A stretch of 64,000 nucleotides of DNA from Pomacea canaliculata (taxonomy: Eukaryota): contig NC_037594.1 of the NCBI RefSeq assembly GCF_003073045.1, forward strand, positions 13,237,353 through 13,301,352, read 5' to 3'. The notes below the pieces were generated by a model. It saw only the letters and a list, made by a program, of their open reading frames with translations. It was not told the origin of the DNA and ran no database searches. Each line of letters begins with the position of its first letter. Positions within the stretch are counted from its first letter, which is position 1. Below are positions 13,311 through 27,400 of the stretch, piece after piece. A program made the translations under genes and the position numbers.

Positions 13311-13420
13311 AGGTTGAAAGAGCTGTAGCAGCATTAAATGGTCGTTTCTTTGGTGGGCGGATGTTAACAGCTGAGAAATATGATCAGGAAATGTTTAATT
13401 CCAATGACTTATCAGGGTGA
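13311..13420 (+). CDS. PUF60: PUF60 terminal coding exon (UHM C-terminus), stop TGA at 13418-13420
   Basis: Acceptor tgttttcag at 13302-13310; translation (E)VERAVAALNGRFFGGRMLTAEKYDQEMFNSNDLSG* vs human ...[34 protein letters not shown]. Confidence 0.92.
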
Positions 13421-14107
13421 GACGTTGTTTCAAGACTGTTGTGAAGGCTAAATCAATGCTAGGCAGTAAGAAATGGCTTATTATAAAAGAATATCGCAAG
13501 CCATATGGAAAGTCCAGTTCCTGCTACATGAAGATTAAAACCTGCTAAATAGCAATGATCGTCAGTTTGATCTGCAGTGTGAAGACAGTTCAGCCATGTT
13601 GGCTTTAGACAAGAATTCTTCCAGACTTGAGGCACTTATTTTTGCTGAACTGTAAGTGCTTATTGCTGTTTGTGTACCCTTTAAACAGGGTAGTTTGTTT
13701 AGTGAGAGCAGATGGCTCGTGCATGGCCACACTCATGGCAGGTTATTAGATGCTCCATGTGGGGTGTGTGGCCTTTCCACATGTTGTATTTGTCCTTCAC
13801 ATCACTGTTGTAACTAACAGCATTGGAGGGCTTGGATCTTGACCAAGGGGGAAAAGGCAAAGAGTGTGTTTAAGTGTGAATAGGTCAAGAGATCACATTT
13901 TCAGGGTATGTGACAAGAAGCTTCTGTGTGAGAATGCACATTGTGGGTATAGGTTTTGCTTTTCATGCAAAACAAAAGACAAACACAAAAAACTGTTTAA
14001 GGCTGACGCAAGGTGAGAGGTGTGAATCTGTATATTGTTTGTGGTACAGACAGTTCTGATGGTTGATGTTGAGCTTTGATGCTGACATTACAGTGTTTGA
14101 GTATTTG

Positions 14108-14113
14108 AATAAA
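14108..14113 (+). terminator. PUF60: Candidate PUF60 polyadenylation signal AATAAA; an alternative lies at 14561-14566
   Basis: AATAAA hexamers about 0.7 and 1.1 kb downstream of the stop codon; no transcript data to say which is used. Confidence 0.3.
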
Positions 14114-16362
14114 TGTGGAGATGAGTGCTATTAAAGTTACCAAAGCTTGTTTTAAAAGTGTGAAGTGACTGTATGATTCTTAACTGTTTATTCGTGTGCC
14201 AGCCTTTCAGACTACCATATGATGCACACCTTGCTCACTAAAGAAAAATTGCAGTAATATTTCGTGGTTGGAATGTGGTTCAAAACAACGGGTTATTAGG
14301 ATATGAAATGCCCCCATGTCCATGGAAAGTTGGTGGTCCAACAGTGACTGAGAAATTCATCTCATCTGTAAGCCACAGTAAAAAGCATATATCGTCAGCT
14401 ATATAAATGCTGTATTCTGCTCTTGTAGATCTTGAAGGTGGCATGCTATGGTGACTACAGTTCCCTGCTCCAATCATTTTTATACGTTCTTTAAGATGTG
14501 AGAATTATGGTCTTTGTGGGTTTGAAAGGAACTTGAACACTGTGCCAAGCATGCATAGCGAATAAAGTATGTTGCAGGTGAAGAATAGTTTCTTTAAACA
14601 AGCACAACTTTTGACAATTAAGCCTCAGTTAAACAGTATTTAACATTCGAAGTACATATTGGCAACAAAATTGGTTTTACTACAAGCACATATTGATGAA
14701 CTCATAAATTTTCTGCCTGTCAGTAACTTCTGGGAGGGGCTCCATCCAATGAATTTCTCAGGTGTAGATGCTCAAAGAATGTCCTTTGTTGGTTTTTGTT
14801 TTTCATTTTAGATGTAGGCTTTGTAATTTTTTTTTTTTCCATTTCATGCTATACCTGCTGGTTAGGTAACTTCACCTACTCAGATGTTTGTCAGGTTAGC
14901 TTTACCAGCTAGTTCCCTCCCCAAGTATTTACTCAGTTGTAAACTGCTACTGACTATGAATGCATGCCAGTTCTATCATATTTTTTTTTATGTACCTGAA
15001 CCCAACCATTGCAGAAATTGGCATTAGCAGCTTATCATAATGCTAATATATGTTAACTGGAAGTTCTTCCCCCAGAGTATAGTAGCCCCTTCAGTTGCTC
15101 CTTTAATCTTTAAGATTATTGCTAGGAAGTGCATCTAATTTTCTTGCAGTGGCCCCATTCACTCCTTTGACAAAATGTATTTCCAATCCAACTAAAATTT
15201 TATCAACATTCGGCAGTCAACTGTACATTTACAAATATGTGCTTGGCCCTCACACAATTTTGTGGCTTGCTGAATCATAACAATTGGCAAACTAAGATGT
15301 CCAATTACTGCATACACTTGAAGCTAAAATTTATCAAAAGCACCTGCACTTTTGCAGAAACAATGAATAATTGAATTACAAACCTTGTTTTTAAGGATCT
15401 GAAAGATGCATTAACCACAACTTTTCTCCTGTAGCTAAAAACGATGTTACTGGCATTATCACAGAACTGCTTGTTTGTATAACATCAATGAAGGTGTTAG
15501 CAGCAGCAGAAGAAAAAGGTCGTGTTGCCTGTCCAAACTGGTTTGTTTTTAAACTTATCAGTTGTCTTGCAAATATGAATATAAATGTTGCTCATACAGA
15601 GGTTATGTACATAACAAAAATAGCACGCTTAAAGTTCATGTTTATATCCCTAGCTCGAGAATCAAAATGAACTCATTTGCATATAAAGATTATGTGCAAC
15701 TGACATGAATGTGTTCATGGTATGCAGTTGTGAAAACTAGAATAAAAGACAAAAAGTGACACTGATGGGAAAATCCAAATATGCATCTTAAAACACTACA
15801 AAGTGTGGCACAAACTGGTAATGCAGCACAGGAAAGAAGCCACACTTCGTGCTTCTGAATGCAGTTCTGGAGATGTTAGTGCTGCCAGGTCAGGAAGTAA
15901 ATGTTGCCTAGTGTATCTCCAGCCACAAGTCCAAGTTCTCTGCCATTGCTGCATTCTACTTGACACATTGAAGTGACTGGTGCCTGACAGTGAAATTGGC
16001 CAACCTGCAACATGTTACCACAATGACACCTTATCTGACCTAATGAAGACTGAAATTATCCGGGGAAAATTTTTTTTTAAAGTACAACTCTTTATTCCAT
16101 GTATGAAAGGTTATAAACAAAATGACAGCCACACAAGGAAGAAACGTGTGAACAAAATAGTTCTCATGAGTAAAGACTAAACACAAGAAAGCTGGGGCAA
16201 AAAGGTTGTTGAAAATTTTTATGATTGTAATTTTTATGTTGGGGAGTGAGGTGTTAGTGATCTTGATCTTCCTCTCCTTCAGGAGGAAGGTCACAGCAAC
16301 AGCACGAATAAGAACCCCACCACTGACCAGCGGAACCTAAGAATCAGTACACTAGACTGTCA

Positions 16363-17412
16363 CTAGAGGAAGAACCATGTACTTGAGTCAAGGTGAGAAA
16401 GTCCACACATAACTAAATTGTGGCTGGTCAGTGACAGGTTGGAAAAGTGTGAATCAGGTAATGTTGAAAGCCCCAAATGCACTGATGGCAGAAACAACCG
16501 GCATAGCAGGGAACTATAAATGCTTAAACATACTGGAAAAAGACTTTCCAACAGCTTTGATATTTTCTCCAAGAGCCATTCACTTTCCCCAGCAACATAT
16601 CTAAAATACAAAGCTCATAAGCAGGATGATTCCTGTCAGGTGACCAAGGTGTTGAAGAGTGCAACCTGAGAGATTCAGCACAAGTAGATAGTATCCATCC
16701 TGCTCTGCTGGTGGGTGTCAACTTCAGCTCTGCTGGGCATGATGGCTGCACCACCAGGTTCTTGTCAGCATTCCATGCATCAAAGTCAGGAAGCAATACA
16801 AAGGCATAGGTTGCTGGGATAACCCTCGCTGTCCTTATCTCGTCTGTGACAGCTGGCAAGGTAGTGAGGGCAGCCATTAGGGGCTGGGGCTGATGGAAAA
16901 TAACTCATGTTCATGACTAGTGGGTCACCTGAAGCCTTGCACAGGGTGCCAAGGACAAAGTCCATGTTAAAAGTCCTCTCTCCAATTGGCTCAGTGGAGC
17001 ACTGGAGCAAAACTGTTAGATAAAAAGATTGTCTGGTGCAAGCTAAGCAAGCCTGCTTGTCCACACCCACAACCACGGCCCTAGCAAGTCACTGAAAGGT
17101 GGCCAAATGAGCAGGAGTGAGGAGATTAACAGCCAGCCTTCTCTAAAACTGGCACTGTAGCTTTGGTCTTCTTGCCTAGCACATGACAGTCTGGCACGGC
17201 CATGAACTGGATAGGAGTTAAAAACTTTCTGCAGGAGCTGTCTTTTCAAATTGCTGACATCCCCCGCACATGCAATCTGTTAAGGTAGGAGAGGAGGCCT
17301 TGAGGAGACTAGTGATGGTGGAACAAGAAAATTTGGCTCTCTGGTACATGTGAAGATGGAGAATCAAGGAGGCATGATGATTGATGGGGAAACATTGATA
17401 TCTCTCACACAC
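16363..17412 (-). pseudogene. Cluster of five overlapping or contiguous same-strand ORFs (60-117 aa, alternating frames), with no long ORFs on the opposite strand: a decayed coding relic (pseudogene or transposon ORF) in the PUF60-TEP1 3' intergenic region
   Basis: Minus-strand ORFs 17218-17412, 17043-17249, 16786-17076, 16524-16877 and 16363-16611 tile about 1 kb of moderately GC-rich sequence. I recognised no domain (peptides such as FNMDFVLGTLCKASGDPLVMNMSYFPSAPAPNG and AVTDEIRTARVIPATYAFVLLPDFDAWNADKNLVVQ). This is not TEP1 CDS, which terminates at 18238. Confidence 0.3.
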
Positions 17413-18237
17413 AAGTACACTAGAGATGGCCCAGCTGGCAAAGTCTGAGTTCTAAATGCTCTGAACAAAATGAATCAAGTTTTGATGTAGAAGAATAAGG
17501 CTCACCACAAGAGGACTACACATTCAGGCATCGGGCAGCCAGCAGACCAAGGGTATCACTCTTAGTTATAAGGTCAGAAATATTCTTTCTGGGGCTGGTA
17601 AATTATTTGGCTTCTCTGGTGCATGCAGATTGCTCTTTTGGGAGGGAAGGGTTGGAGGAATACAGAATTCAACAATTTGCATAAAACATTTTTTACAAAC
17701 ATTAGCTTCTGATATTTGCAAACATCTTTTTACTTTTAGTTTGATGTTTTATGCTCAATAATAGTATTAATAACTTTAATATTTAGATAAACATCAAATG
17801 TTTAGGAATATCTACAATCAAACAGTGAAGTATATATGTTTGAAATATACTGGGCAAAGACTTTCTGACCTGGATAAATGGGTCACACCATGCTTTGATG
17901 GTACAGTCTTGGGATGCTGTGAAAGTGTGTTGTGTGGCCTTGACAACACTTGTCACCACACCAGAATGTACCTGCAGCAGAAAGAGATCACCACATAACA
18001 GGAGATGTAAAATTTAGTTCGAGGGGATGATTCTTGGTTTCATAAGAAATTGCTACTTCTGTTCATAAAAATGCCTATAACTTAAATCAGATGAAGGACC
18101 TATTAGTAAATTTATGGGTACTTATATGTACAGGAAAGATGTGAACACTTGACCCACCCATACAAATTCAAGATTTAATGTCATTTGGTATCCTTTCTAA
18201 TCTGCACTTCCCTGTTCAAGAGGCAATGAAGGTATAA

Positions 18238-18410
18238 TCATTTTCCTGCCTTGAGCTGCTGGCTGCTACCACTGCTGTCCAGATAGGTGAGGCATCCATT
18301 AGAGTCTCCAACACAGACTGAATTGCTGGTTCCGGCCCATGCTGCTGCATGTACCCAGTTTGGTGAGGACGACGTGTCACCTGGGATTGTGAATCTTGAA
18401 AGCAGCGTTA
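18238..18410 (-). CDS. TEP1: TEP1 terminal coding exon; stop TGA at 18240-18238 on the minus strand
   Basis: Translation ...[58 protein letters not shown] vs human C-terminus ...LFRCEGSVSCLEPWLGANSTLQLAVGDVQGNVYFLNWE*; the acceptor (cacaag) is approximate. Confidence 0.75.
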
Positions 18411-21400
18411 CATCCTTGTGTAGAGAAAGGAATCATTCAATCACTTAATTTCATGCAGGTGTGTTCAGGCTAGAGGTAAAGATGAATATACAACCATGCA
18501 TTCAGCAGGATCTACTGTCTGCTTGTTAAGCTCTGCCTTCCAGTGGCTTAAAGTCCATCTATAGTGGCAGATTCCCTGGTAACCAGATGTCTATTTGTTA
18601 CAAGTCATGGCAAAATAACAAATCAGATGTCTGCAGTTGGTGGTGGGCACTCTGACAATAAGTTGCTCTCTTAAAACCAAGAAACTTTGCTTTTCATGTC
18701 TTCTGTTAGACATCTTTAGAGTCTTGCCATTATTCATAATAAGAGAACATACATCAACTTGTGTGAGCTAACCTGTATTTTATTCTGGACAGCAACACTC
18801 CAAGTGGTAACCTGGCCATCTGTAGAAGTAGCAATAAGATGGTTGCCATACGAACTCAGACTGAGTGGCCAGCAGCTGAATGACTTCATCTTCATGTCAC
18901 TTTTTTCATTGCTAGTATCAGAGTCATAGCTGAAAGTAAATAAAACATAAGATGGGTTGGGGGCCAGCTGCAAATACGTAAGTAAATCTTTCAACAGGAG
19001 TTTATTAAATACAAAACCTACTGGAATACTAGTCATCAATAAGGACTGAAACATGAACACTGAAAGAACAAAAGCTTTGCTTGCTTGCAGAACATACAGA
19101 AAGATGGCTGCTAGTGCTAATGCCAATTACAGATAAATTGCGCCAGTTAATACTGTTCCTTCACTTTCAAACTGCTTGCCTAGGAATATCACAAGATCAA
19201 ATGTGAGAGAGGTGGAGTGAGGGAGACAGAATTCTGTCATGTTTAGATGTAAAAAGGCTTGTAATGATTGTCAATAATAGCAGTATTGCAGATTTCTAAA
19301 TTTCTTCCTTGGTATTAGTAGGGCAAAGAGCATTCTGTGGATAAGGATGCCCACATTTCTCTATTAACAACATAAAGCAAAGATCCATCTACTCACAAAA
19401 ACAAAAGTGAGGATGGTTGTTGCATTTCCGGCAACCAGCAGAAAAGCCTGTTTTCCCAAGAGGTGCCAAAGACAAAGGCATACGGGACTGACATCAAAGC
19501 AGGATCCCAAATCAGGCTGGTCACAGGTGCACTAATTTCACACTTGTCTTTTTTCCTGCACATCACATTTAGTTCACTACACCCTCATGTACTAAAATGC
19601 ATTCAAGCACAACTCTTTTAATATGCAATAATCATTAAATTAGTCTTGCAATCAGTAAGTGTATGTAATGACCAAAATAATGGTCATTTTGTTGTGTCAA
19701 ACCCCAGCAAGTCTTCATTAAGACGTGAAAGCCCAGTATGCTGAATATTACTAGTACATGCTTGCCTAAGTTGTTGTGTGGAAAAACTGATAAGAGCTGA
19801 CACTGAATTTGGCTTTCTTTTATCAAACTCTCTTAAAATTTTATACATAAACATTTGAGTAAAGGATTAAAGACTTGCCTGACAATAATGCCTTCTTTCT
19901 TGTGCAGAATTTCCCATAATACCATTGTCATGTCATTAGATGCTGTGACAAATCTGGTACTTCCTTTGTTTACGAAGCATGCTGCACTGATGCATTTATC
20001 ATGGGCCTGTGTAAGAATGCATATAATAATATCCAACAACAAACAAAAATCAAGGCACAGGAATTTACTGTGGTGCAGTTCCATAAACTTTATGCAATTT
20101 CACAATAGCTGTGGTGGTGCATGTCAGTGTGAACACTGTCAATCTCTTTCACTATGCTGACGTCTCCCCTTCCTCTCCTTCATTCCCCCCCATGCCTAAA
20201 GGAAAAAAAATCAGTGACTGCCTACTGATTACCTGCAAGTGCAAGGGTCTAAAGCCAAGTTCAGTCTAGAACCAGTTATGCTTCCTTTTTTGTAACACCA
20301 TTACATCAATGCATACAAATGTGTGTGTGAGTACAGGGAAGTTGGGGGTGTGTGGGGTGTCATGCCTGTGTACTTTTTTGTAAGTATATCTGTATCATCC
20401 TCCACTTACACATGTGTGCGATAGAATGCGTGTGTAAGAGCAGGGAAGAGGTTGGTGTTTTATGCCGAGTCAGAAACTAAGGCTATATCCGGGTCAAGCA
20501 GCCAGCCACATGCAGATGCCACATGCGGAGAAAGAACGTGCCTGAGACGAGATCTGAACCAGGACAGCCAATCGTTATTGTATTGGTGACAGGCGCTAAC
20601 TGCTGTGCCACTGGACCACGCGAACGAGCGAGATCTAATGCCTACAGAGACAGATGCTCAAGTGCATATATGCTACAACAGAAATTTCAGAACAGGAATA
20701 AATACAGCTAGATATGCTTCTCTTACAGCCTGCTACCAACCTTAAAGCTGTGGACACAAAAGAACCCTGCTGCAGCAGTGTGCTGCCAAATGCAGACACC
20801 TCCAGATCTGTATGAAAAAATAAATCTTTGTAAAAATATGCTTGTGGAAAAGCTGTTTCATTTATAACTTTCAATCTGTAGATACGAACTACATGGAGTA
20901 CTGCAGAGATGGGCACAAGCCATTGTCATTGTATTGACAGAGATGGTTTGTGATGATTTGCATAATAAAGTTAGCTTCTGAAATTAGCCATTTTAAACTC
21001 TCAATTGTGATGAAAACCCCAAATTAACATGAATGAAGCTCTTGTATTTGTGCATCAGTAAACTTATTTGTACATATACTGGTATGGAATTTCAATTTTA
21101 CCTGTCTGTGGTGAGAACAGTACACCTATTCAAGCTGGGAGAAATACAAGTGACTTCTGTCTCATGACTCTGACTGACTGAACTCTTGGTGGCCAGTTGT
21201 GGTGCCCAGAGTCTCACAGATAAATCTAAACTGGCACTCACAAGATGTCCCTGCTTGTCTGCCGCCACAGCAACCACTTTTTTGGAATGGCCTGACAGAC
21301 ACGCTACAGAATACGCCTGAAATACACGAGGATGTAGATAGCCTTAGACTTCCATCTAAGCTGTGGCATTCTAAAGGCATGATAAAATCTCAGTGTAGTT

Positions 21401-24400
21401 ATTTAATTAGTAATAATAATTAGAGTTATACAGCGCAATTCCTTGTGTGGATATGAGCTTGATGAGCTGCACATGACTACTACAAAGAAACATTGTGAAC
21501 TGTGTAACAAACATATGCATCAGACGTAGAGTTCAAGGTCATCAATGTGACAATTAACTATTTTCTATGTATAGTATGAATAGTGAGCTTGCGCTCATGA
21601 TTGGAGCAGAGAACAAGCACACTTCCATCCAAGTTTACCTCCTGACATTGAAACTGATGAAATAAAAACAGCCACCCACTTTAACACACTGTATTGTTAA
21701 AATATGTATTGTCATAAAACACAATTTCTTGGTCAAACAAGAAGTTTAAAGCTGTAAAGAGGTAAGATAAAAAATTGGATGAAAAAAAGACAGCTTGAAA
21801 AAGAAAGGGCATTAAAAAAATGGACATCACCTCTAGTGGTTTCCACAAGCGCACAGTGCCATCGTCGCTGCAGGACACCAATATAACGTCTGTGATATTC
21901 TGGCCCTTCTTCTTTGTGCTGCTTGCATCTGCAGTTGATCCCCCTGTTTCTTCCTCCTGCATCATCTGGACCCAGCTCTTTTCTTCCTCTCTCTCCTTCT
22001 CCTTATCTGCACAGGTGTGTAAAATCAAAAGGACACAATAAGACAATGTAAGTACATTTGAATAAAGACAAAAAAAGTATTACAATCAGAATAAATAGAA
22101 GCTGTATAACTATGGCAATGTTTGAGGAAAAAAGTTGATAAACATAAAGATAAACTGATTAACTCAATGAAATGATATAGATGATGCATAAAAATTATCA
22201 GACTTTCATGCCTCAAATTACATAAAATAAGCTAAAATTTGTACACATGCTTAACAGCATTTGGTGGCACAGTGACTTAAGCCCCTGTCACCACGACAGC
22301 AAGAATTGTGTGTGTGTGTGAGGGAGAGAGACTGCACATAAGTAGTTACGAATTGAATGATGGTGAATGAATTAGGTAAGATGCCTACTAATAAGTGGGT
22401 ACTTATGTAACCACCTTGAGAATGCCTTTGTTGGTGGGATGAGGTGCTTTATAAATAAACTATTATCAATATTATTTACTGTCACACAACTCAAAATGCA
22501 TCAAAGAGTTATAACAACTTACATGCTTCTCGTACTTATATGACTCAACTCACAGACAACGTCATTACCCATTTCCAAGATTACATTCTCTGGCTGAAGT
22601 ACATTATTCCTAATTTCTAACCAAACAGAGGTATGACCAACACTTGTAAACATATGTGTTCTACAGAAATGCTTTTAGTGCTGCTGTTACTGCACATAAC
22701 TGCATCCATTATTTGCACTCACCATCAAAGCCACTGCATTTGACAAAAATATCACAAGCATTGACTCTTTGAGTGTGTCCATACAGTGTTGTAATCTCAG
22801 TGCCTCGGTGGGACCACACCTTAACTTGACCATCACTGGATCCAGAAACTATACAACCAAACTGTAGATGCAAGAAAAATGATCTCATAAAATATTAGTT
22901 ATATCTAGGAATGGATTGTCATGATGACAGTCTCCCTTTTAAACTATGCAACAAAAATCTTGCACACATATAAGACTATTATGAGAAAGAGCTCTGCCCC
23001 TTACTAAAAATTAGGATGCTATGCATTAAGATCTAAAACATTTTGGAGCAAGTCTTTCAACAACAAAAAATGGAATTTGAAAGAAATTTACCTTATAAGC
23101 CATTGCATTTACGCTGGATGTGTGACCTGTCAACTTAAACTTTTCTTGTTGAGTTTTGAGGTCCCATACTTTGAGGTTAAAGTCGCTTGAGGCAGTGACC
23201 TGAACATGGAAGAGGACACTGCATTATGACAACAACAGTAACATTCCTGAACTGGACTTGGTTCAATTTGATTAATGTGGATTGCATGTCTTAACATGAT
23301 TGACACATGGTCCATAAGCTTGTACACATTCACTTGCTTCATCAACATGGCTGTCTGGTTGTACAACAGAATAATAAAGACAAAAATGTTAAAACTACTT
23401 TTATTGTCTCCTAATAATATCAATTTTATGCCTGCAAATGTGTCCAAATGGTTCTTTGTGTGATTAAAAATATTATTTTGTGTGAGCTTACATGAGAAAG
23501 AGCATGTAAGCTCAGTCTATGTACAGACTCACCATGAAGTCACTGACATTGGACCAGCTGCAGGCATTAATCCAATCTGCATGGCACCGGGTCAGAGTAC
23601 ACTCAGGTGCAGGACTGCTGTCCATTTGGCAGACCATCAAGTCCCATATTTTTACTGACTGTAAGACAGAATGCGGCATCAACAAGGGCGCTTGTGTAGT
23701 GTCTGCATTGTTGCTAGCAAGCACAATTATGTCTTGCTCACACTCACATAAACCCAACACACATACAATCTCTCTCTCTCTCTTCCCCCTCATCACAGGT
23801 ACAAAGTAAAGACAACCCTTAGCAATGTCAATTTCAGACTTACCATATCACGACTGGCAGTTGCAAGCTTTGTTGCTCCTGGTCCAAAGGTACAGCTTGT
23901 AACAGGAGCAGTGTGACCTTGCAATACTGCTAGTGGCTTCACTCTGACAAACACAGATACAATTTTCATTGCCTGTCTCTAAAGACGCTTTATGTAAATG
24001 TAAAATTGCATACTTCTAGATCCTAATTTCTGAACACAGATGGAAAGTGATTCTAAAGTGCTGCACTGTATTGTATGGAGTCTTTCTTTTACCACCATGC
24101 ACTCATCAGGTAACTGAAGACCTGGAATCTTGATACAACAACTTCACATCACACCTAAAAATGATTAGTGCTATCTATGAATCAAATATGGCTTTATTGC
24201 TTAAATTTTCCTCGCTATTACCAAGGCAGAATCATGAAGATGTAAAAAGAATTTCACTCACGGTCCAGTACTTTTCACTGGCTTGAATGAAAATAGGCAA
24301 CAAGTGCAGTCCTCAGAGGCAGTAGCCAAGAATTTTCTGTGAACAGTCACACTCAGCACTGGTTTGGTATGGCTCTCTATAGAACAGATTTTATTTCCAC

Positions 24401-27400
24401 TGGTGGCGTCCAGCACCTGGACAAGCAAGCACATCTCAATTTACTCTAAAACCAAGGGCGAGATGGGAGAGTAGGGGGTAGTTGGTCATATTTGTTTTCT
24501 CTCTGTTTATTGGTCAGGTACATGTGACCAATCAGGAGTAGATTGCTGGAATTGAGGTAGCTATTCGGGATAACCACAATAGTCGTGTTATCTGCGACAG
24601 TAAAAGAAAAAATATGAATAATCACCTGCACAGTGGTGTCATCAGAACCTGTGACAACATGGGCACTGTCATGGGAGAAGGTAACTGCTCGGACAGCCTT
24701 ACTGTGGGGTTTTGCCTCCCAGAGACACAAGCCTTCAGAAAATAATAAAAAAAAAAAACATAGAACAATAGGGCACAGCAACTAATACACAAGAAACATA
24801 AATGATATACAATCAAATAATCAACTTCTGGAAATAAGTCATGCCACTGGGATAGAAACATATTGGCACACTTCCCACAAAGCCAAAAAGAAAACTGAAG
24901 TTTAACTTAAAACATCTGGAAATGTTCCTGCATTATAATGGATCCCATTTTGACATCATGGCATGGCTGTTTGTTACAAACGTCATAGCGATGTGCATAG
25001 CCACTGCACTAATAGGCTGCTGCATCGCTATTTCTGAGTTTACCTTCATCAAAGAAGATGGGTTATAAGTTTTCTAGCAGTACACCTTTCATGTAGTGAA
25101 CTTACCTGTAGTGACATCAAAGACACGAACATAGCTAGAATGATACCCCACAGCCACAGCGGTGCCATCAGGAGACAGAGACACAGAAGTAGCTGGTCCA
25201 TTCTTTGTGGAACCAAGTATACCCAAAGGAATTCCCAGGTCACCTGACCACACCTGGAAAATTTGTATTCTATATGCTTTAGGGTCACTAAATGAGATGA
25301 GGTAATCAAAATGTGAATGCTGATTATCTATTGAAGTATACATATATATGCATTTATATATTTACATAATATCTAAAAAAAAATGTTTATTGCTAATTTT
25401 AGACTTGTTTTTCAAGATCTGTTGTATTTACTATCTTGTCATGAAGCCCTCAACTGACCTTGACTTTGTGGTCATCACTGGCAGTGATCAAGTACTGTCC
25501 TGTAGGGGAGAAGGTCAGCTTGTTAATAGGTGCTCCGTGGCCATGAACACTGCCCACCTGCACACCTTTGATTGCTGACCAGATCTTGACTTCTCCATCA
25601 AGAGAAGCAGAAGCAACATGGGAGCCATCATGAGAATATGCAACTGAACGGACAGACGAGATGTGTCCTCGAAGTACCTACCAGGGTAACAAAAAAATTT
25701 ATCTGTTAATGTTGAAACATCAGATAGGTTCTTTCTGCATAAATGAAAAACACCACCATTTGTTAAAATATATTTTATAAAAAACTAACAGGTAAACAAG
25801 AATTATTTATGGCATATAGTGAAAAATTCACATCAGTAAGAATAAAAAATAACCCCCAAGACCCTGTCCTAAATGTGAAAAAAAAAAATTGTAATTTTTT
25901 TCATCACTCTTCTTTACAAAGAGAGTCGATGTATCTTTGTGGCTGAGGTAGAAAATGAAAATTCCAAATAAGACGTACAAAACCAACCACAATATACAAT
26001 ATTGTGCTGACCACTATGTACAATCCAGAGCTGACCACCATACACAATTCAGAACCAACCATCACATATGATCCTGAGCTTACCAACATATACAATCTAA
26101 ATCCAATGAAGAAAATGAAGCAGAAAAGGAAGTCGGTTAGGAGGATTGTGTTATAATCTGTACGTTGTGGTCTTTTTACCAATAACTTTTAGTTAAATGT
26201 CAGAAAAATATAGCATGCTTCTTTTTTTTTCTTTCCCTTTAACAAAACCTCAATGTTGAACAAAAGATACTTACAGCTTTGCGAGTTTTGTGAAATATGT
26301 CATAAATCTTAATAGTGGTGTCCCAGTTGGCAGTCACAATCAGCTGGCTGTCAGGGTGGAAGTCAACATCATTGACTGGGCTGCAGAAAAGAATATTTAG
26401 TTATACTGTGTGCAGAACAAATTTGTGTGAGTGCAGCCTAAGGTTTTTTTTTTATTTTCTCTTACTTCTTGAACACTTTATTGTTTCTGGTAAAACATAT
26501 GAGAAGATTTTTACTATCGACAGCCCACCCATTGGCTATCTCGCCAGGAATGTCTTCAGTCAGTACCATCTAGCCTATTGTCCTTAGCAACAAGCACTTA
26601 ATTCTATCATAATCACCATCTACATTTTAATTATATTTCTTATGACAAATTGAGGTCCAACTAACCATTCCAGGCTGAAAGAGCAGATTTCTTCGCCAGA
26701 TTTGACATTCCAGACACGTACAGTGCAATCCCATGATGCTGAAGCCACAAGATTTCCTGTGCAGTCAGCAACACAAGCACTGACACATCGTGTGTGGCCC
26801 TTGAGCAGAGCAACCCTGTGTATAAATATTACATGAAATAGATGTGACCTCAAGTTTTATTTTATTGTACTAACACTTGGTAAGTCTTCATCACCAACAA
26901 TCATGTGCATAATATGGTTTTCTGTAGTGATAGCAGTTGTAATGGTATGAGTGACGTAATCAAAATTTTGAACCAATTTCCATAATTTTAATTTTGCTAT
27001 AAGTTGAAATGCTAATTCATGATGCAACAAAGTCAGTCATTTGAGGGAATTTTTTTTAAAAAGACAAGGGTTTCATTAAAGAAGCCAAATGTAAAATGAT
27101 TCACATTTATACAATTTAAAGTCTAAACATTAACTATCTTAACAGCGACTTCTTGTATTCATCACTGGAGTTTCCATGCACTCAGTTTGAGCACCAGCAC
27201 ATACCTGTGTCCATTCTGCACATCCCAGAGGCTCAGCGTTAAATCTTGAGAAGCACTACACAGGATGGCATTGCTCACAAAACAGACATCAGTAATGAAA
27301 TCGGAGTGGCCATGATAGAAACGGATCTCCTGTTTGAAGAAATATTAATCATCATCATTTGAGCAGACTCAGCATGCCATATTTATTCAAAAGAAGTGTG

